A stretch of DNA of 64,000 nucleotides from Chloroflexota bacterium (GCA_965207135.1 OZ242272.1:1541336-1605335); one strand, 5' to 3'; shown: positions 29,281 through 40,052, numbered from the stretch's first letter. Translations and numbers: made by a program. Notes: generated by a model from the letters alone, not told the origin.

Positions 29281-30111
29281 CTACCGCGCGACCGCCTCCT
29301 TATGGCGGTCAAACTGGCTCCAACCAACAGATTGCCGCGTAAAGATGCCGTGGGCGTTGCGCCAGAAGATCAATTCTTTGTCTTCCTCGGTAATGGCCGC
29401 GCCATAGACCTTTGCGAGTTGTGACATGAATGACCGTGGCGCGTTGAGGTCGCTGCCATAGACTACGCGGTCGGCTCCGGCGTGCTCCACCAGGGTCTCG
29501 GTATAGCCGTTGGTGGCATCGCCGCCGCCGATATCCATGAAGAGGTTCGGCATGCCCTGGGCGGCCTTGGCGCCGTATTCCATGTCGCTGCCGGAGTGGC
29601 CGAAAAAGTAGTTAACGTCCGGGTGCTTCTGTGCGGCCTCGCGCATGTCAAAGGGATTGGTCTCGCCGGGCATGTTGCCGGTCACTGCCATATAGGTGTG
29701 CTGAAGCACCGGCAGTTTGTACTCGGCGCAAATGTGAAAGATACCGTCCACACGGGGGTCGTTGGCTTTCACGCCGGTCCAGAGCTTCACGCCCTGATGA
29801 CCGTCCCAAGCCTTTACGCGCCGCAGCAATTCGGCTTGCATCGCTTCGGGATGGAGGGGATTGAGGTACCACATGGGTATCACACAATCGGTGTTGGCAG
29901 AGGCTACTTTAAAGGTAAAGTCGTTGCAGGCGGATATGTACTCAGGCGTGGGCAGCGTGGGTGGGAAGTTATTGAAAGCGTTGAGCACGTTGATGCAGAG
30001 GATGATGCCGTGCCTGCGCGCCTTGCGGAGCGAGACCGTTATCTCGTGGTCGTTCTTGACGTGGGAATGTACGTCAATGATCACCCGAGCATCCTCCCAA
30101 CCGTCCCACAC
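29281..30111 (-). CDS. Amidohydrolase family protein (TIM-barrel metal-dependent hydrolase)
   Basis: A VIIDVHSHV metal-binding HxH motif lies near the N-terminus. The protein is 276 aa. Confidence 0.7.
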   Translation of the reverse strand: MWDGWEDARVIIDVHSHVKNDHEITVSLRKARRHGIILCINVLNAFNNFPPTLPTPEYISACNDFTFKVASANTDCVIPMWYLNPLHPEAMQAELLRRVKAWDGHQGVKLWTGVKANDPRVDGIFHICAEYKLPVLQHTYMAVTGNMPGETNPFDMREAAQKHPDVNYFFGHSGSDMEYGAKAAQGMPNLFMDIGGGDATNGYTETLVEHAGADRVVYGSDLNAPRSFMSQLAKVYGAAITEEDKELIFWRNAHGIFTRQSVGWSQFDRHKEAVAR

Positions 30112-30169
30112 GCACAGACTTCTCGTCGTTAGTCTATATGTTATTGGAGCGTAAAGTCAATAAAGTAAC

Positions 30170-31216
30170 TCACCAGTCGCCAAAACTGGCAAGTGCTGCC
30201 TCTATGCAAGCAATTGCCGCTTTGTCTGCCTCTAAGGCAAAACCAATGCACTCGCCCGCCTGGGCGCGGTCTTTCGCATGCCAGGCATCTCTTTGACAGG
30301 CTGTATTGCAGAGATCGTGGATGATATTCAGTGGCTCCAATTCATGATCGTAATGCACCGCTGCGGCCTGAAGCTCCGCAATCTCACAGGGAAAGAGCGA
30401 TTTTAGCTCTCGTAAATAACCGGCAGCCGCACGACGCCGCCCCAAGAGAACCGTGATGTGGTGATGCGAGCTGAACGTTGGGACCTCTTCCGCAGCGAAC
30501 GCTTCACGCCAGATTTCGTAGGCTGCGAAGCCATGCGGCCTGGCTCTCCGCCTGGCATTGCCCTCGTCGTCTGCTGCGAAACGGGTTGCATGCGCAAAGG
30601 CTACGGCGTTTCGCAGCGCAGTTCGGTGCAATTCCCTCTCATCCGTTAGACTCGGACCGTCATACACCATGACTCTAAACAACTCGGCCGGGTCGGTATA
30701 TCCGATTAAGTCGTAGCGAACTGTATATGTGACATCGACAAATGGGTGACGGACCGTGTATTCCTCCTCGCTCTCGTTGTATCCGACAATCAGCCCCCAG
30801 CAGTACGCGTGGTGCGCAGGGTGATCGCTCGCTTTCTGTTCGCGACTCATCGGCTGCCACACCAGTGCGGGCAAGCCATCTTTCAGGCCGGCGCGCACGG
30901 CATCTCTCGCCTCTTGCTTTAGCGCGGGAAGATCGATGTCAGTGTCGTGCTTGGTTGCTTTGAACGAACGAAATTTCGCAAATTGGGGGAGGTAGTCCAA
31001 CGCGGGCCCCCAGTCCATGTTGTCGTGCATCACGTTGCCGCCCCCTTTGACCATCTCAAAGTGGAAGGCATGTCCCATTACGCCCTGCAGCCGGGCCATC
31101 GTCCACTCCGGACGGCCGACGGCCTGCAACAGAGGGCTAAGACACGAGGCCAGGGTTGTGCCATCGTGTGGTTGGGCTGGCGCAACATCGACTGCAACTG
31201 GTATCGACTGGTCCAT
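30170..31216 (-). CDS. Hypothetical protein (possibly a BtrH-N/DUF4872-like papain-fold enzyme)
   Basis: 348-aa soluble protein with no signal peptide. An N-terminal Cys in LASCLSPLL and downstream His-rich blocks (HPAHHAYCWGLIVGY) are reminiscent of peptidase-C39-like BtrH_N proteins. The family assignment is a guess. Confidence 0.5.
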   Translation of the reverse strand: MDQSIPVAVDVAPAQPHDGTTLASCLSPLLQAVGRPEWTMARLQGVMGHAFHFEMVKGGGNVMHDNMDWGPALDYLPQFAKFRSFKATKHDTDIDLPALKQEARDAVRAGLKDGLPALVWQPMSREQKASDHPAHHAYCWGLIVGYNESEEEYTVRHPFVDVTYTVRYDLIGYTDPAELFRVMVYDGPSLTDERELHRTALRNAVAFAHATRFAADDEGNARRRARPHGFAAYEIWREAFAAEEVPTFSSHHHITVLLGRRRAAAGYLRELKSLFPCEIAELQAAAVHYDHELEPLNIIHDLCNTACQRDAWHAKDRAQAGECIGFALEADKAAIACIEAALASFGDW

Positions 31217-31339
31217 ATTGGAATTCTACTCCACATAATTGGGAAAAGCGCTTGGCTTCACTTTGCTAGCTAGAGCACAGTCCTGCAGGAGTCATCCGCA
31301 CATCCGTACGGCAATTCCACCTAATCCTGGAACCATTGA

Positions 31340-32356
31340 TTAGGCTGTTGATCGCTCCGGCAGCGCCGGCACCGGCGGCACGTGTTGCAGGGCACCGCTA
31401 AACCCGGCCTCGGTGGCACAGAGCGTGGCCTGCATGCTCTGCACCGCATCCTGCGTGCTCACGATGGGGGCATGGTCGGCGCAGGCCGTGCGCACAAAAT
31501 TCGCAAAGATGTCTTGCTGCTCGGGGAGCTCAGTGAGTTCTATTGAATCGTCCCAGCGGTACAGCCACACCCTGCCGTCGTGCGTAATCTCTGCCTGTCC
31601 TTCCGTACCGACGATTTTGAGGCGGTTGTCCATGCGGCCCAGGCTGGGCGGCACCAGGCGGTGGTGTTCCATGACCGCGCTCACGCCGCCGTCCATGCGG
31701 AAGAGCACCTGCCCGACGTTATGGTAGTGGGGATCGTTTGGACGGCCGATATTGCCTTCCGTGCCGATAACGCTCGTGTACTCCAGACCGGTGATCCAGC
31801 GGACGATGTCGATGTCGTGGATGAGTAAATCGAGCACCGGCCCGGCGGAGAGCCGCCGGTCGAAGAACCACTCGGGCCGCACGCCCCGCCGCTCGGTAGC
31901 CGCAATGAGCGCGTAGGCTAACGCAACCTCGCCAATTTGGCCGCTCTGGACCACGTCACGGACCGCGCGATAGACCGGATTCCCGCGCCGGCTAAAGAGC
32001 TGCCCAATGTGCAGCGAGGGATTCTGCTGCAGGATGGCGATCACACGGTCGAGTTCGTCTTGGCTCGTGACCATTGGCTTTTCCGACAGCACCGGAAAAC
32101 CCGCTTCCAAAGCCGCGATGACGGTCTCCCCTTGATTTACCGGCAACTGGAAGCTGGCTATGACATCAAGGTCGTCTCGTGCCAAAAGCGCGTGATAGTC
32201 GTCGTAGATTCCGACTTGGTACTTTTCCGAGAGATCTGCGGCTTGCTCGCCGGCATTGGCAACGGCGCTGAGTGTGATTTCCGGATCGTTGTCCACTGCC
32301 GCAAATACACGTTCGACGTGCTGTTCAAGTCCAATCAAGCCGATACGGTAGCTCAT
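31340..32356 (-). CDS. Gfo/Idh/MocA family NAD(P)-dependent oxidoreductase
   Basis: Start moved to the ATG at 32354-32356 (MSYRIGLIGLEQH), preceded by AGGAGA. It has a Rossmann-fold N-terminus and the conserved EKP motif (VLSEKPM). Confidence 0.85.
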   Translation of the reverse strand: MSYRIGLIGLEQHVERVFAAVDNDPEITLSAVANAGEQAADLSEKYQVGIYDDYHALLARDDLDVIASFQLPVNQGETVIAALEAGFPVLSEKPMVTSQDELDRVIAILQQNPSLHIGQLFSRRGNPVYRAVRDVVQSGQIGEVALAYALIAATERRGVRPEWFFDRRLSAGPVLDLLIHDIDIVRWITGLEYTSVIGTEGNIGRPNDPHYHNVGQVLFRMDGGVSAVMEHHRLVPPSLGRMDNRLKIVGTEGQAEITHDGRVWLYRWDDSIELTELPEQQDIFANFVRTACADHAPIVSTQDAVQSMQATLCATEAGFSGALQHVPPVPALPERSTA

Positions 32357-32483
32357 GCTCGTCTCCTGACCATTACTATGCGGCTGCACCAGTGATGCAT
32401 AGCGACATTCTCCAACTGACTAGAGATTCTGACTGCGTCCCGGTTCCGAAGCGGCGCCTGCAGCATACCGACGCCGGGCGGTA

Positions 32484-33428
32484 TCACATATCAAGATCTG
32501 CGACGATCCGGCGCACGTAGTCGATGTCCTGTTCGAGTTGTGCGATCAGTTCTGGATATGTGAGTTCCCGCCAACTCCACGCACCTTGATATTCCGTATG
32601 AAACGATGCGCAGCCGTCGTAGCCGATCTGCTTGAGGTATTGGAATGCTTCCCGGTACGGGGTGATTCCTTGGTTTAGTGGCACGAACTTGCTCTCCCAG
32701 GAAACGACGGCAGCCGCTACCCCGGAGTCGTCGCTGAACTGGTCTGGCCGAATGTGCGAACGGCGGCTGCTTTTGTCCTGATCTGTGTAGGGAAAGAGCC
32801 CAACATTCTTAAGAGAGAGCATGATCAGCCGGTCGGCAATCAAATCCAGGCTCTGCACCCAGCCTCCGTATCCGCCTTCCAACCCCATGTGGCCAAAGTC
32901 AGCATAGATGCCGAGCGCCGCCGGATCGAAGTCGGCCACGAGACGATCTACCAGCATCGCTTCGGCAGACAAGCAGTACCCGGCATGAACGTGTATTCCC
33001 GCCTGGATCCCGTATTGAAGGCAGAGTTGCTGCACGCTCTCCAGGTCACGCCGCACCTCGTCTAGCTGCTGTCGCAAGTGACCGAAACCCCGATAATGGT
33101 AATAACCGAGCTTGAGTTGGCGAATGCCGCACGCGCTCGCAACCGAAAATACCTCCCGGGCATTGAGGGAATCTGCGCTGGTGATGTCTGTTGCAATCCA
33201 GCCGATTTCCAGCCCATGCGCGCGACAGACGTCAACCGCATGGGGAAGATCGCTCGCGACATTGTCCGGAGTCACATGGCCGGCCGTGCCGGCTGCCGCT
33301 TCCGGCAGGTTGTGACCGGCACTGCGCACGGTCAACTCGATGCCGTCAAGACCCAGACCGGCAATCGTCGCGGCCATTTCCTCAAGGGACAGGTGTTCCA
33401 GTCGCTTGGAAAAGAGAAGAAACTTCAT
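32484..33428 (-). CDS. Sugar phosphate isomerase/epimerase (xylose-isomerase-like TIM barrel; IolE/MocC-like)
   Basis: 314-aa protein (MKFLLFSKRLEHLSLEEMAATIAGLGLDGIEL...). It is the first gene of the co-directional cluster. Confidence 0.8.
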   Translation of the reverse strand: MKFLLFSKRLEHLSLEEMAATIAGLGLDGIELTVRSAGHNLPEAAAGTAGHVTPDNVASDLPHAVDVCRAHGLEIGWIATDITSADSLNAREVFSVASACGIRQLKLGYYHYRGFGHLRQQLDEVRRDLESVQQLCLQYGIQAGIHVHAGYCLSAEAMLVDRLVADFDPAALGIYADFGHMGLEGGYGGWVQSLDLIADRLIMLSLKNVGLFPYTDQDKSSRRSHIRPDQFSDDSGVAAAVVSWESKFVPLNQGITPYREAFQYLKQIGYDGCASFHTEYQGAWSWRELTYPELIAQLEQDIDYVRRIVADLDM

Positions 33429-33758
33429 AGGCAGTCATGTCCTCACTTTGTCGCAGGCGCATGTCCGGTCAGTACTACCGATAGGGCACCGCTCATCCAC
33501 CACAGTGCTGGATGCCCAATTCCGTTATTTTCACGCACAGTGTGACTATACGCCATTGAATTGTCATTGCACAAAGGCATCCGTAAGAGGTGCACTTCGC
33601 GTCCTGCGCAGGATAGTACTGACTCTCTATAGGCTATTTGCAATCAGATGAGCAACGAACTGTTCGATTTCAGCCGGTTTTGGCGCACTTACTTTATGTT
33701 GCCCATGGACGGCAGCGCGGAGTAGTATTGAGGATAACATGAGCCAGATTTAGGAGCA

Positions 33759-35378
33759 TTGATGGCGCTATCTGCAAATCGTACACGAGCTCTGGTTGTG
33801 AGCTTACTCTCGGTCGTCGGCTTGGTCCTGGTCCTAGGGTTTGCCGGTGCTCTGTTGGATCGTTTGCGCGGTGTGCCGGAGTATGCCCTGCCCGTGCTCG
33901 AAATGAGTGAAGAGGGCGAACCCTCGGTGAGTGTGTTGCCGGGTCGCGCCGAATTGGGTGCGACGATCTTCATCACTGGAGCGCACTGGCCGGAAGGCGC
34001 CATTATTCGGATGCAATTGACCTACCCCGACGGTGAGCCGGCGGTCACCGTCGGACATGTATGGGCGGATGAATTTGGTACTTTTCGGATTCCATTTGTT
34101 CTCCCCGTAGACTTGCCGCTACTCGGAGAAAACGACTTATTGATTGAAGCGCGCGGAGAGACTCCTGGAGGGCGCGAGCTTCAACTTACGCTCCCCCTGC
34201 AGGTAACGCGCAAGGGCTGGCCGCTCGTGGTGGCGGCTAACGGGGCAGACGACGAGCCGATCGCGGGCGCGCACGTCGCCCTCTTCGACGCTGTCGGTCA
34301 GTTGCTTGCTGAGGCCTTTACCCAAGATGACGGCAAGGCGACGATACCGGAGGTGTCTCTCGGTTCATACATGGTCAGCGTGCGCAAAGTTGATTACGCG
34401 CTCGCGCGCGTGAATGTGGACATCACCCGCCGCGAAACTGAGGTCCCGGTCTCACTGCAGCCGAATTCCGGGGGCCGGTTGTTTGTTGGCACTATTGACA
34501 ACTCTCTCACGATCATAGACACGGCAAGCAATCTAACTGTCGCTCATCTTGAAGACGTTTCGCCTACGTTCAGTCTCGTTCGTAGTGTGGATGGACGCTA
34601 TCTCTACAGTGGCCGCTTTGGGGGCTCACTTGTCCGTTTTGACGCCATTACCGGTAAGGTGGATGAGATACTGACTGTTGAAACCGAATACGAGCAGCCG
34701 GTCTTCCTATCGCTTCGTCCCTTAGATGAAAAGACGTTGTACGCTCTCCTCAGGTTTCAGGGAGACAATGATGCGCGTGTCTATCGCATCGTGGCCATTG
34801 ACTTGGAGACCCTACGGGTGACGAAGAGTGTGACAGGCATTCCAACCTACGGGCAGCTCATACTCACGCCGGATGGCTCGCGCCTTATACATGTCGGACA
34901 TCAGAGCAAGACGATCACCGTCCTGAGCACAAACCCACTGGCTGTGGTGCGCACGATCGAAGTTGAGGAGAATCCGGGGCGAAGTACCTTGGCGCCGGAT
35001 GGCCAGCGCCTCTTCACGACTTTGATAGACTCTGGGATTCTGGCAATTGTCGACATTCGCGACGGCACGGTTGAGCGAGCTGCGGCGACAAGCGCCGGTT
35101 CTGTTGCGCTCACAATGCATCCCAATGAGAAACAGCTATTTGTGGTCAACGGGGTACTGGGTTACTGCCAGGTGCTAGACCCGGAAAGCCTTGAAGTACA
35201 AGACACTTTTCCCGTAGGGCAGCGACCTCGCGCCATGGCGCTCTCCAGCGACGGCAGATACCTCTATATTGCAGAAGAGAGCATCCCCGTAATTCACGTC
35301 ATCGATACGTCAAACTATCAGCAAGTCGATACCGTGGCGTTGTCGAGCCGCGCGCGTACACTAGAAGTGCCGAACTAA
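33759..35378 (+). CDS. Membrane-anchored YVTN-family beta-propeller repeat protein with a carboxypeptidase-regulatory-like domain
   Basis: It has an N-terminal TM helix (LVVSLLSVVGLVLVLGFAGALL), a CarbopepD_reg-like segment (GAHVALFDAVGQLL...GSYMVSVRKVDYA), then about seven repeats of the DGxxLYxx/NxxxxxVID type. Confidence 0.75.
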   Translation: MMALSANRTRALVVSLLSVVGLVLVLGFAGALLDRLRGVPEYALPVLEMSEEGEPSVSVLPGRAELGATIFITGAHWPEGAIIRMQLTYPDGEPAVTVGHVWADEFGTFRIPFVLPVDLPLLGENDLLIEARGETPGGRELQLTLPLQVTRKGWPLVVAANGADDEPIAGAHVALFDAVGQLLAEAFTQDDGKATIPEVSLGSYMVSVRKVDYALARVNVDITRRETEVPVSLQPNSGGRLFVGTIDNSLTIIDTASNLTVAHLEDVSPTFSLVRSVDGRYLYSGRFGGSLVRFDAITGKVDEILTVETEYEQPVFLSLRPLDEKTLYALLRFQGDNDARVYRIVAIDLETLRVTKSVTGIPTYGQLILTPDGSRLIHVGHQSKTITVLSTNPLAVVRTIEVEENPGRSTLAPDGQRLFTTLIDSGILAIVDIRDGTVERAAATSAGSVALTMHPNEKQLFVVNGVLGYCQVLDPESLEVQDTFPVGQRPRAMALSSDGRYLYIAEESIPVIHVIDTSNYQQVDTVALSSRARTLEVPN

Positions 35379-35586
35379 GGGCACGAGACAGAGGTACGGC
35401 AGAAGGGCTCCGGGAGCCCCTCATCGAGTCGATTGGCGCTCTTTTCCCTTAATGTAGTGATTTCTTTCAGAATCGCTTGCACACACAGAGCCGACGTGGT
35501 ATATTGAATTCGCAAGCCCCCATTTTGTCAGTTCTTTCTGTTTTTCCTATTTTTCGCCTTCGCATTCCCGTTTCGTCGAAAGACGT

Positions 35587-37176
35587 ATGCAACCCACTCG
35601 CGTCACGATTCTCTCTATTCTCTTAGTCTTTTCGATTGCCACATTTGGACTTCCCAGCCGTCTAGTTCAGGCGCGGGGGCCGCTCGTTGGCAAGGAAATC
35701 GTCATTGATCCCGGTCATGGTGGAGAAGATCCGGGCGCCGTGGTCAATGGCTTCATGGAAAAAGACGTTAATCTCCAGATATCCCTGAAACTCAAGACAC
35801 TATTAGAAATGGCTGGCGCAACTACCATCTTTACGCGAGTTGACGATACGACCCTAGGTACAAGCGAGGATCGCCGCCGCTCCGATTTGGAGACACGCAT
35901 CCAGATTGCGAATTCATCCCAAGGCGATGTGTTTGTGTCCATTCACGCAGATTCGTTAGAGGACGCTTCGCGCACGGGTATCGTGGTGTTCTATGGGCCC
36001 GAGAGCGGGTATTTATACAGTCACAGGCGTCCACCAGAGCTGATTGCCCAGAGCAGAAACCTGGCGCTTACCCTCCGCAACAGCCTGCGAATAGTTGCAA
36101 AGGCTGATGACCGCGGCATTCGCTCCGTACCGTACTATCTCTTGGGCAAGATTAACCTGCCGGCCGTAATCGCAGAGGTCGGCACGTTGACAAACTATGA
36201 GGAAGCAATCAAGCTCAATGACCCAAGCTACCAGCAGCGTGTCGCAGACTCGCTCTTCAGTGGCATCCTATCGTATTTCATTAACCCTGACGGTCGTTTC
36301 ATTTCAGACGTGACGATCCCGGATGGCACTGCGGTAGTGGCGGGGAGAGAATTCACAAAGACCTGGAAGGTCATGAATACCGGCGGTTTGGCTTGGAATG
36401 ACGACTATCGGCTAGTTTTCAAGGGCAGGAACCGCTTCGACGGGCCGGAGAGCGTACCCCTTCCACACCTGCTGCCCGGTGAAACTGGCACAGTGAGCGT
36501 TGATCTCAGAGCGCCTAACGTTTGCGGGGAGTGCATGGGCGTCTGGACGATGGAAGGTCCAGGCGGCCTCAAGCTCGGGGATGATCTATGGGTGAACATT
36601 ACGATACGTGACCGGCTCCTGACCGATCCCGTGCCGCAGAGCGACGATCCCAATGCGATGTATTACGCACAGACGGGGCACAACATCTTCGGCGCCTTCC
36701 AGAAATTCTTTGTCGAAAATGGCGGAATCGACATGTTCGGCTACCCGCGCACCGAAGAACTGATAGAAGACGGTCTTACTGTGCAGTATTTCCAGCGGGC
36801 GCGTTTTGAGTACCACCCCGAACACGCAGGCACACCCTATGAGGTCCAGCTTACGTTGCTCGGCAATATGATACGCAGCGACGAGCCGGAGGCTGAGAAA
36901 ATACAACCGTTGCCTCCAACCGAGCAGCAGGAATACTTTCCACAGACAGGTCACTCCGTGCACTTTGCCTTCCTGAAGTACTTCCGCGAAAACGGTGGCA
37001 TTTACATCTTTGGCTACCCCATTTCGCAGGAAGTACTGGAAGATGGCCGCATCGTGCAATACTTTCAACGCTCACGCTTCGAGTACCACCCGCAACACGC
37101 CGGCACACGATACGAGGTACAATTAGGACTTCTCGGAGACACGATTCTTCGCCAACGGGGCTTGCTTTTCGATTAG
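35587..37176 (+). CDS. N-acetylmuramoyl-L-alanine amidase (Amidase_3) with an Ig-like domain and two C-terminal ~75-aa repeats
   Basis: A signal peptide is followed by the IVIDPGHGGEDPGAV catalytic motif. An internal duplication reads YYAQTGHNIFGAFQKFFVENGGIDMFGYP...RFEYHPEHAGTPYEVQL and YFPQTGHSVHFAFLKYFRENGGIYIFGYP...RFEYHPQHAGTRYEVQL. Confidence 0.85.
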   Translation: MQPTRVTILSILLVFSIATFGLPSRLVQARGPLVGKEIVIDPGHGGEDPGAVVNGFMEKDVNLQISLKLKTLLEMAGATTIFTRVDDTTLGTSEDRRRSDLETRIQIANSSQGDVFVSIHADSLEDASRTGIVVFYGPESGYLYSHRRPPELIAQSRNLALTLRNSLRIVAKADDRGIRSVPYYLLGKINLPAVIAEVGTLTNYEEAIKLNDPSYQQRVADSLFSGILSYFINPDGRFISDVTIPDGTAVVAGREFTKTWKVMNTGGLAWNDDYRLVFKGRNRFDGPESVPLPHLLPGETGTVSVDLRAPNVCGECMGVWTMEGPGGLKLGDDLWVNITIRDRLLTDPVPQSDDPNAMYYAQTGHNIFGAFQKFFVENGGIDMFGYPRTEELIEDGLTVQYFQRARFEYHPEHAGTPYEVQLTLLGNMIRSDEPEAEKIQPLPPTEQQEYFPQTGHSVHFAFLKYFRENGGIYIFGYPISQEVLEDGRIVQYFQRSRFEYHPQHAGTRYEVQLGLLGDTILRQRGLLFD

Positions 37177-37260
37177 TTGCCAGTACAGGCAGCCCCCTCT
37201 AAACCTGAATAAGCGTATATGTCCCACGCATATACGTTTCATCCTTCCTCCATTTTCCTG

Positions 37261-37295
37261 ATGACAAGCCGCTCGTCGCCCGGGCGGCTTGTCAT
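37261..37295 (+). terminator. 12-bp perfect inverted repeat ATGACAAGCCGC...GCGGCTTGTCAT downstream of the amidase gene
   Basis: Read directly from the sequence, 85 nt after the stop at 37176. Confidence 0.5.
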
Positions 37296-37498
37296 ATTAA
37301 TGGTTTAGCACACAGAGATGCTGCGCTCTGCCGGAGATAGCGGCCGGTAGGCTAGGCGTAATCCAACGCACCGCAGACCAGCCGACTCTTCGCGCATTTC
37401 TCGTGAGATCCTCAAGCAAGCGCGACCAACCAGAAGAAATCCTTGCACACGTTTCTACACCCGTATAAGATGTAACTATAGCTCTGCTATACAACGTA

Positions 37499-37529
37499 GT
37501 TGACAAAAGGCCACTCAACTTTTATACTT
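37499..37529 (+). promoter_or_regulatory. Sigma-70-like promoter (TTGACA-N18-TATACT) overlapped by the inverted repeat GTTGACA-N7-ACTCAAC (HAIR-like, HspR-type)
   Basis: The -35 and -10 hexamers are near-consensus and lie about 45 nt upstream of lon. The inverted repeat resembles the HspR operator consensus CTTGAGT-N7-ACTCAAG (5/7 and 6/7 matches per half). Confidence 0.5.
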
Positions 37530-37574
37530 GTCTTAGTGAAAACTTCCTGAAAAGGAATCAGAGGTCACACCCAC

Positions 37575-40052
37575 ATGGCGAAGCAGCCTGAGCAAGTTTC
37601 GGAAGCGCAAGAGAACGATACCAACGAGAGCCGCATGCGCCTGCCGGTAGTCGTGCTTACGGACTCCGTTGTGTTTCCGTATATGACGGTTCCATTGCGT
37701 CTTGAAGATAACGCCGCATACCGGGCGGTGGCAGCGGCCATCGAGGATGACCACAAGGTCTTGCTCCTCACGCCGGATAAAGAGTTCAACTTGCAGCGTC
37801 CCAAGCGTGAACACGCGGGTACGGTCGGCACCATCGCCGGGGTGGGGCAACTGATTCGCCTGCCCGACGGCAAGCATCAGGCGCTTTTCCAAGGGCAGAA
37901 GCGCGGAATACTGTCCAAAATTTGGAAAAAGAAGCACTTGATTGCAGAGGTAGAGGCTGTTGAGGAGGAGGCGGAGAACACGCTGGAAACCGAAGCGTTG
38001 GTTCGCAATGTAATCAACCAGATTGAAGCATATGTCGAAAAGGAGCCCCAGGTACCGCGAGACGCGGTGGCAGTTGCGCGGGGTATGGATGATCCGGGAC
38101 GGCTCGCCGATCTCTTTGGCTACGCGCCAGAATTGAGCCTGAATGAGCGTCGTACGTTGCTCAACATCACCGATCCGATAGAGCGCTTGCAGCGCGTAAA
38201 CCGAATTATGGCTCGGCAATTGCAGATTTCTGAAGTCAAGGCCCGCATCCAAGGGGAAATCCAGCAGGGCATGGAAAAAGCCCAGCGGGAATACTACCTG
38301 CGCGAACAGCTCAAGGCGATCCATCGTGAATTGGGCGAGGCCAATCCGCAATTGGCGGAAATCGAGGAAATCAAGAAGGCGATTGAAGAGTCGCAGATGC
38401 CTGATGAGGTAAAGGATAAAGCGCGCCACGAGGCAGGGCGGTTGGGCAACATGCCTTCGGCCTCACCGGAAGTCGGCATCGTTCGCACGTACTTGGAATG
38501 GCTTCTTGGCCTGCCATGGGCCAACGGATCCGCTGAAGAAGTGGACATAAATCAAGTAAAAGTCGTTCTCGATCAGGACCATTATGGTTTGGACAAGGTG
38601 AAGGACCGCATTCTTGAATATCTCGCTGTGCGCAGCCTCGCTACACATGCGCGGACGCCAATCCTGTGCCTGATCGGTCCTCCCGGGGTCGGCAAGACTT
38701 CCTTGGGTCGTTCGATCGCCCGCGCTCTGGACAGAAAGTTCGTTCGCATTAGTCTGGGAGGAGTGCGGGACGAGGGAGAAATTCGCGGTCACCGCCGCAC
38801 GTATATTGGGGCATTGCCGGGCAGAGTCATTCAGGGAATGCGGCAGGGCGGGGTGGTCAATCCGGTGTTTGTGTTGGATGAGATCGATAAGCTTGGCTAT
38901 GATTTTCGCGGCGATCCCTCCAGCGCTATGCTCGAGGTGCTCGACCCGGAGCAAAATTACAGCTTCTCCGACCACTACCTCGAAGTGCCGTACGACCTCT
39001 CCAAGGTGCTCTTCATCGCGACCGGGAATCTCGTGGAGACCATTCCACCTGCCCTCCTCGATCGCATGGAAGTGATCAACATCTCCGGCTATACGGAGGA
39101 AGAGAAGCTCCACATTGCGCGCGGGTACCTTGTACCCCGGCAACTCAAGCAGCATGGACTCACCAAGTCACAGTGCAGAATTACAGATGAAGGTCTGCGC
39201 AAGGTTATTCGCGGTTATACAGGTGAAGCCGGCGTACGCAATCTCGAACGCCAAGTCGCCACAATCGACCGCAAAGTGGCACGTATTGTGGCAGCCGGTG
39301 AGCAGAAGTCGGTGCGGGTCGGTCCGCGTCGTGTTCAGGACTTGCTGGGACCGGAAAAGGTCAACACAAAACATGACAAACGCGAAGACGAGGTGGGCGT
39401 GGTAACTGGGCTGGCCTGGACCGCTGCCGGTGGGGAGATTATTACCGTGGAGGCCGCTCTTATGAAGGGTAAAGGCAATTTAATCTTGACTGGGCAACTG
39501 GGCGAAGTGATGCAGGAGTCTGCCATGACGGCGCTCTCCTTTGCCCGTGCAAAGGCAAGGGCACTGAGTATTGCAGCGGAAGTAATCGAAACAAACGACC
39601 TTCACGTCCATGTGCCGGCCGGCGCGGTGCCAAAGGAAGGCCCGTCTGCCGGAGTCGCCTTGGCGACGTCGATTGTCTCAATTCTTACGCAGCGTCCGGT
39701 GAGTAAGGACGTTGCTATGACCGGCGAGGTTACCTTGCGCGGTCGGGTGCTGCCGGTAGGCGGTCTGAAAGAGAAGCTGCTGGCGGCGCACCGAGCCGGT
39801 GTGCGTTCTGTCGTCCTACCCAGCAAGAACAAGCATAGTTTGGAGGATGTGCCGAAAGAAGCACTAGAGCAATTGCAGATTATTTGGGCCGATACGATGG
39901 ACGACGTGCTCAATGCCGCGCTTCTCAAGGCCGCAACCGGCGGTAAGAGGAAGTCGAAGGGCGCGGTCAAGAACCGGCAAGTTCCACCGGCTACGCCCGA
40001 AAGTCATCCGGTTATTACACCCATAGGTCATGGGTTAGCTGAGGAGGTATAG
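37575..40052 (+). CDS. lon: ATP-dependent Lon protease (LonA)
   Basis: 825-aa protein with the Lon N-domain, AAA+ Walker [10 protein letters not shown] and the catalytic [16 protein letters not shown] (Ser-Lys dyad). Confidence 0.95.
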   Translation: MAKQPEQVSEAQENDTNESRMRLPVVVLTDSVVFPYMTVPLRLEDNAAYRAVAAAIEDDHKVLLLTPDKEFNLQRPKREHAGTVGTIAGVGQLIRLPDGKHQALFQGQKRGILSKIWKKKHLIAEVEAVEEEAENTLETEALVRNVINQIEAYVEKEPQVPRDAVAVARGMDDPGRLADLFGYAPELSLNERRTLLNITDPIERLQRVNRIMARQLQISEVKARIQGEIQQGMEKAQREYYLREQLKAIHRELGEANPQLAEIEEIKKAIEESQMPDEVKDKARHEAGRLGNMPSASPEVGIVRTYLEWLLGLPWANGSAEEVDINQVKVVLDQDHYGLDKVKDRILEYLAVRSLATHARTPILCLIGPPGVGKTSLGRSIARALDRKFVRISLGGVRDEGEIRGHRRTYIGALPGRVIQGMRQGGVVNPVFVLDEIDKLGYDFRGDPSSAMLEVLDPEQNYSFSDHYLEVPYDLSKVLFIATGNLVETIPPALLDRMEVINISGYTEEEKLHIARGYLVPRQLKQHGLTKSQCRITDEGLRKVIRGYTGEAGVRNLERQVATIDRKVARIVAAGEQKSVRVGPRRVQDLLGPEKVNTKHDKREDEVGVVTGLAWTAAGGEIITVEAALMKGKGNLILTGQLGEVMQESAMTALSFARAKARALSIAAEVIETNDLHVHVPAGAVPKEGPSAGVALATSIVSILTQRPVSKDVAMTGEVTLRGRVLPVGGLKEKLLAAHRAGVRSVVLPSKNKHSLEDVPKEALEQLQIIWADTMDDVLNAALLKAATGGKRKSKGAVKNRQVPPATPESHPVITPIGHGLAEEV

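Noticed and set aside
37300-37330. CIRCE (HrcA) element near lon, and again at 42066 near grpE
   Set aside because: A TTAGCAC half-site is present at both places, but no inverted partner GAGTGCTAA lies 9 nt away, and no hrcA gene is present. HspR-type control is more consistent with the gene content.
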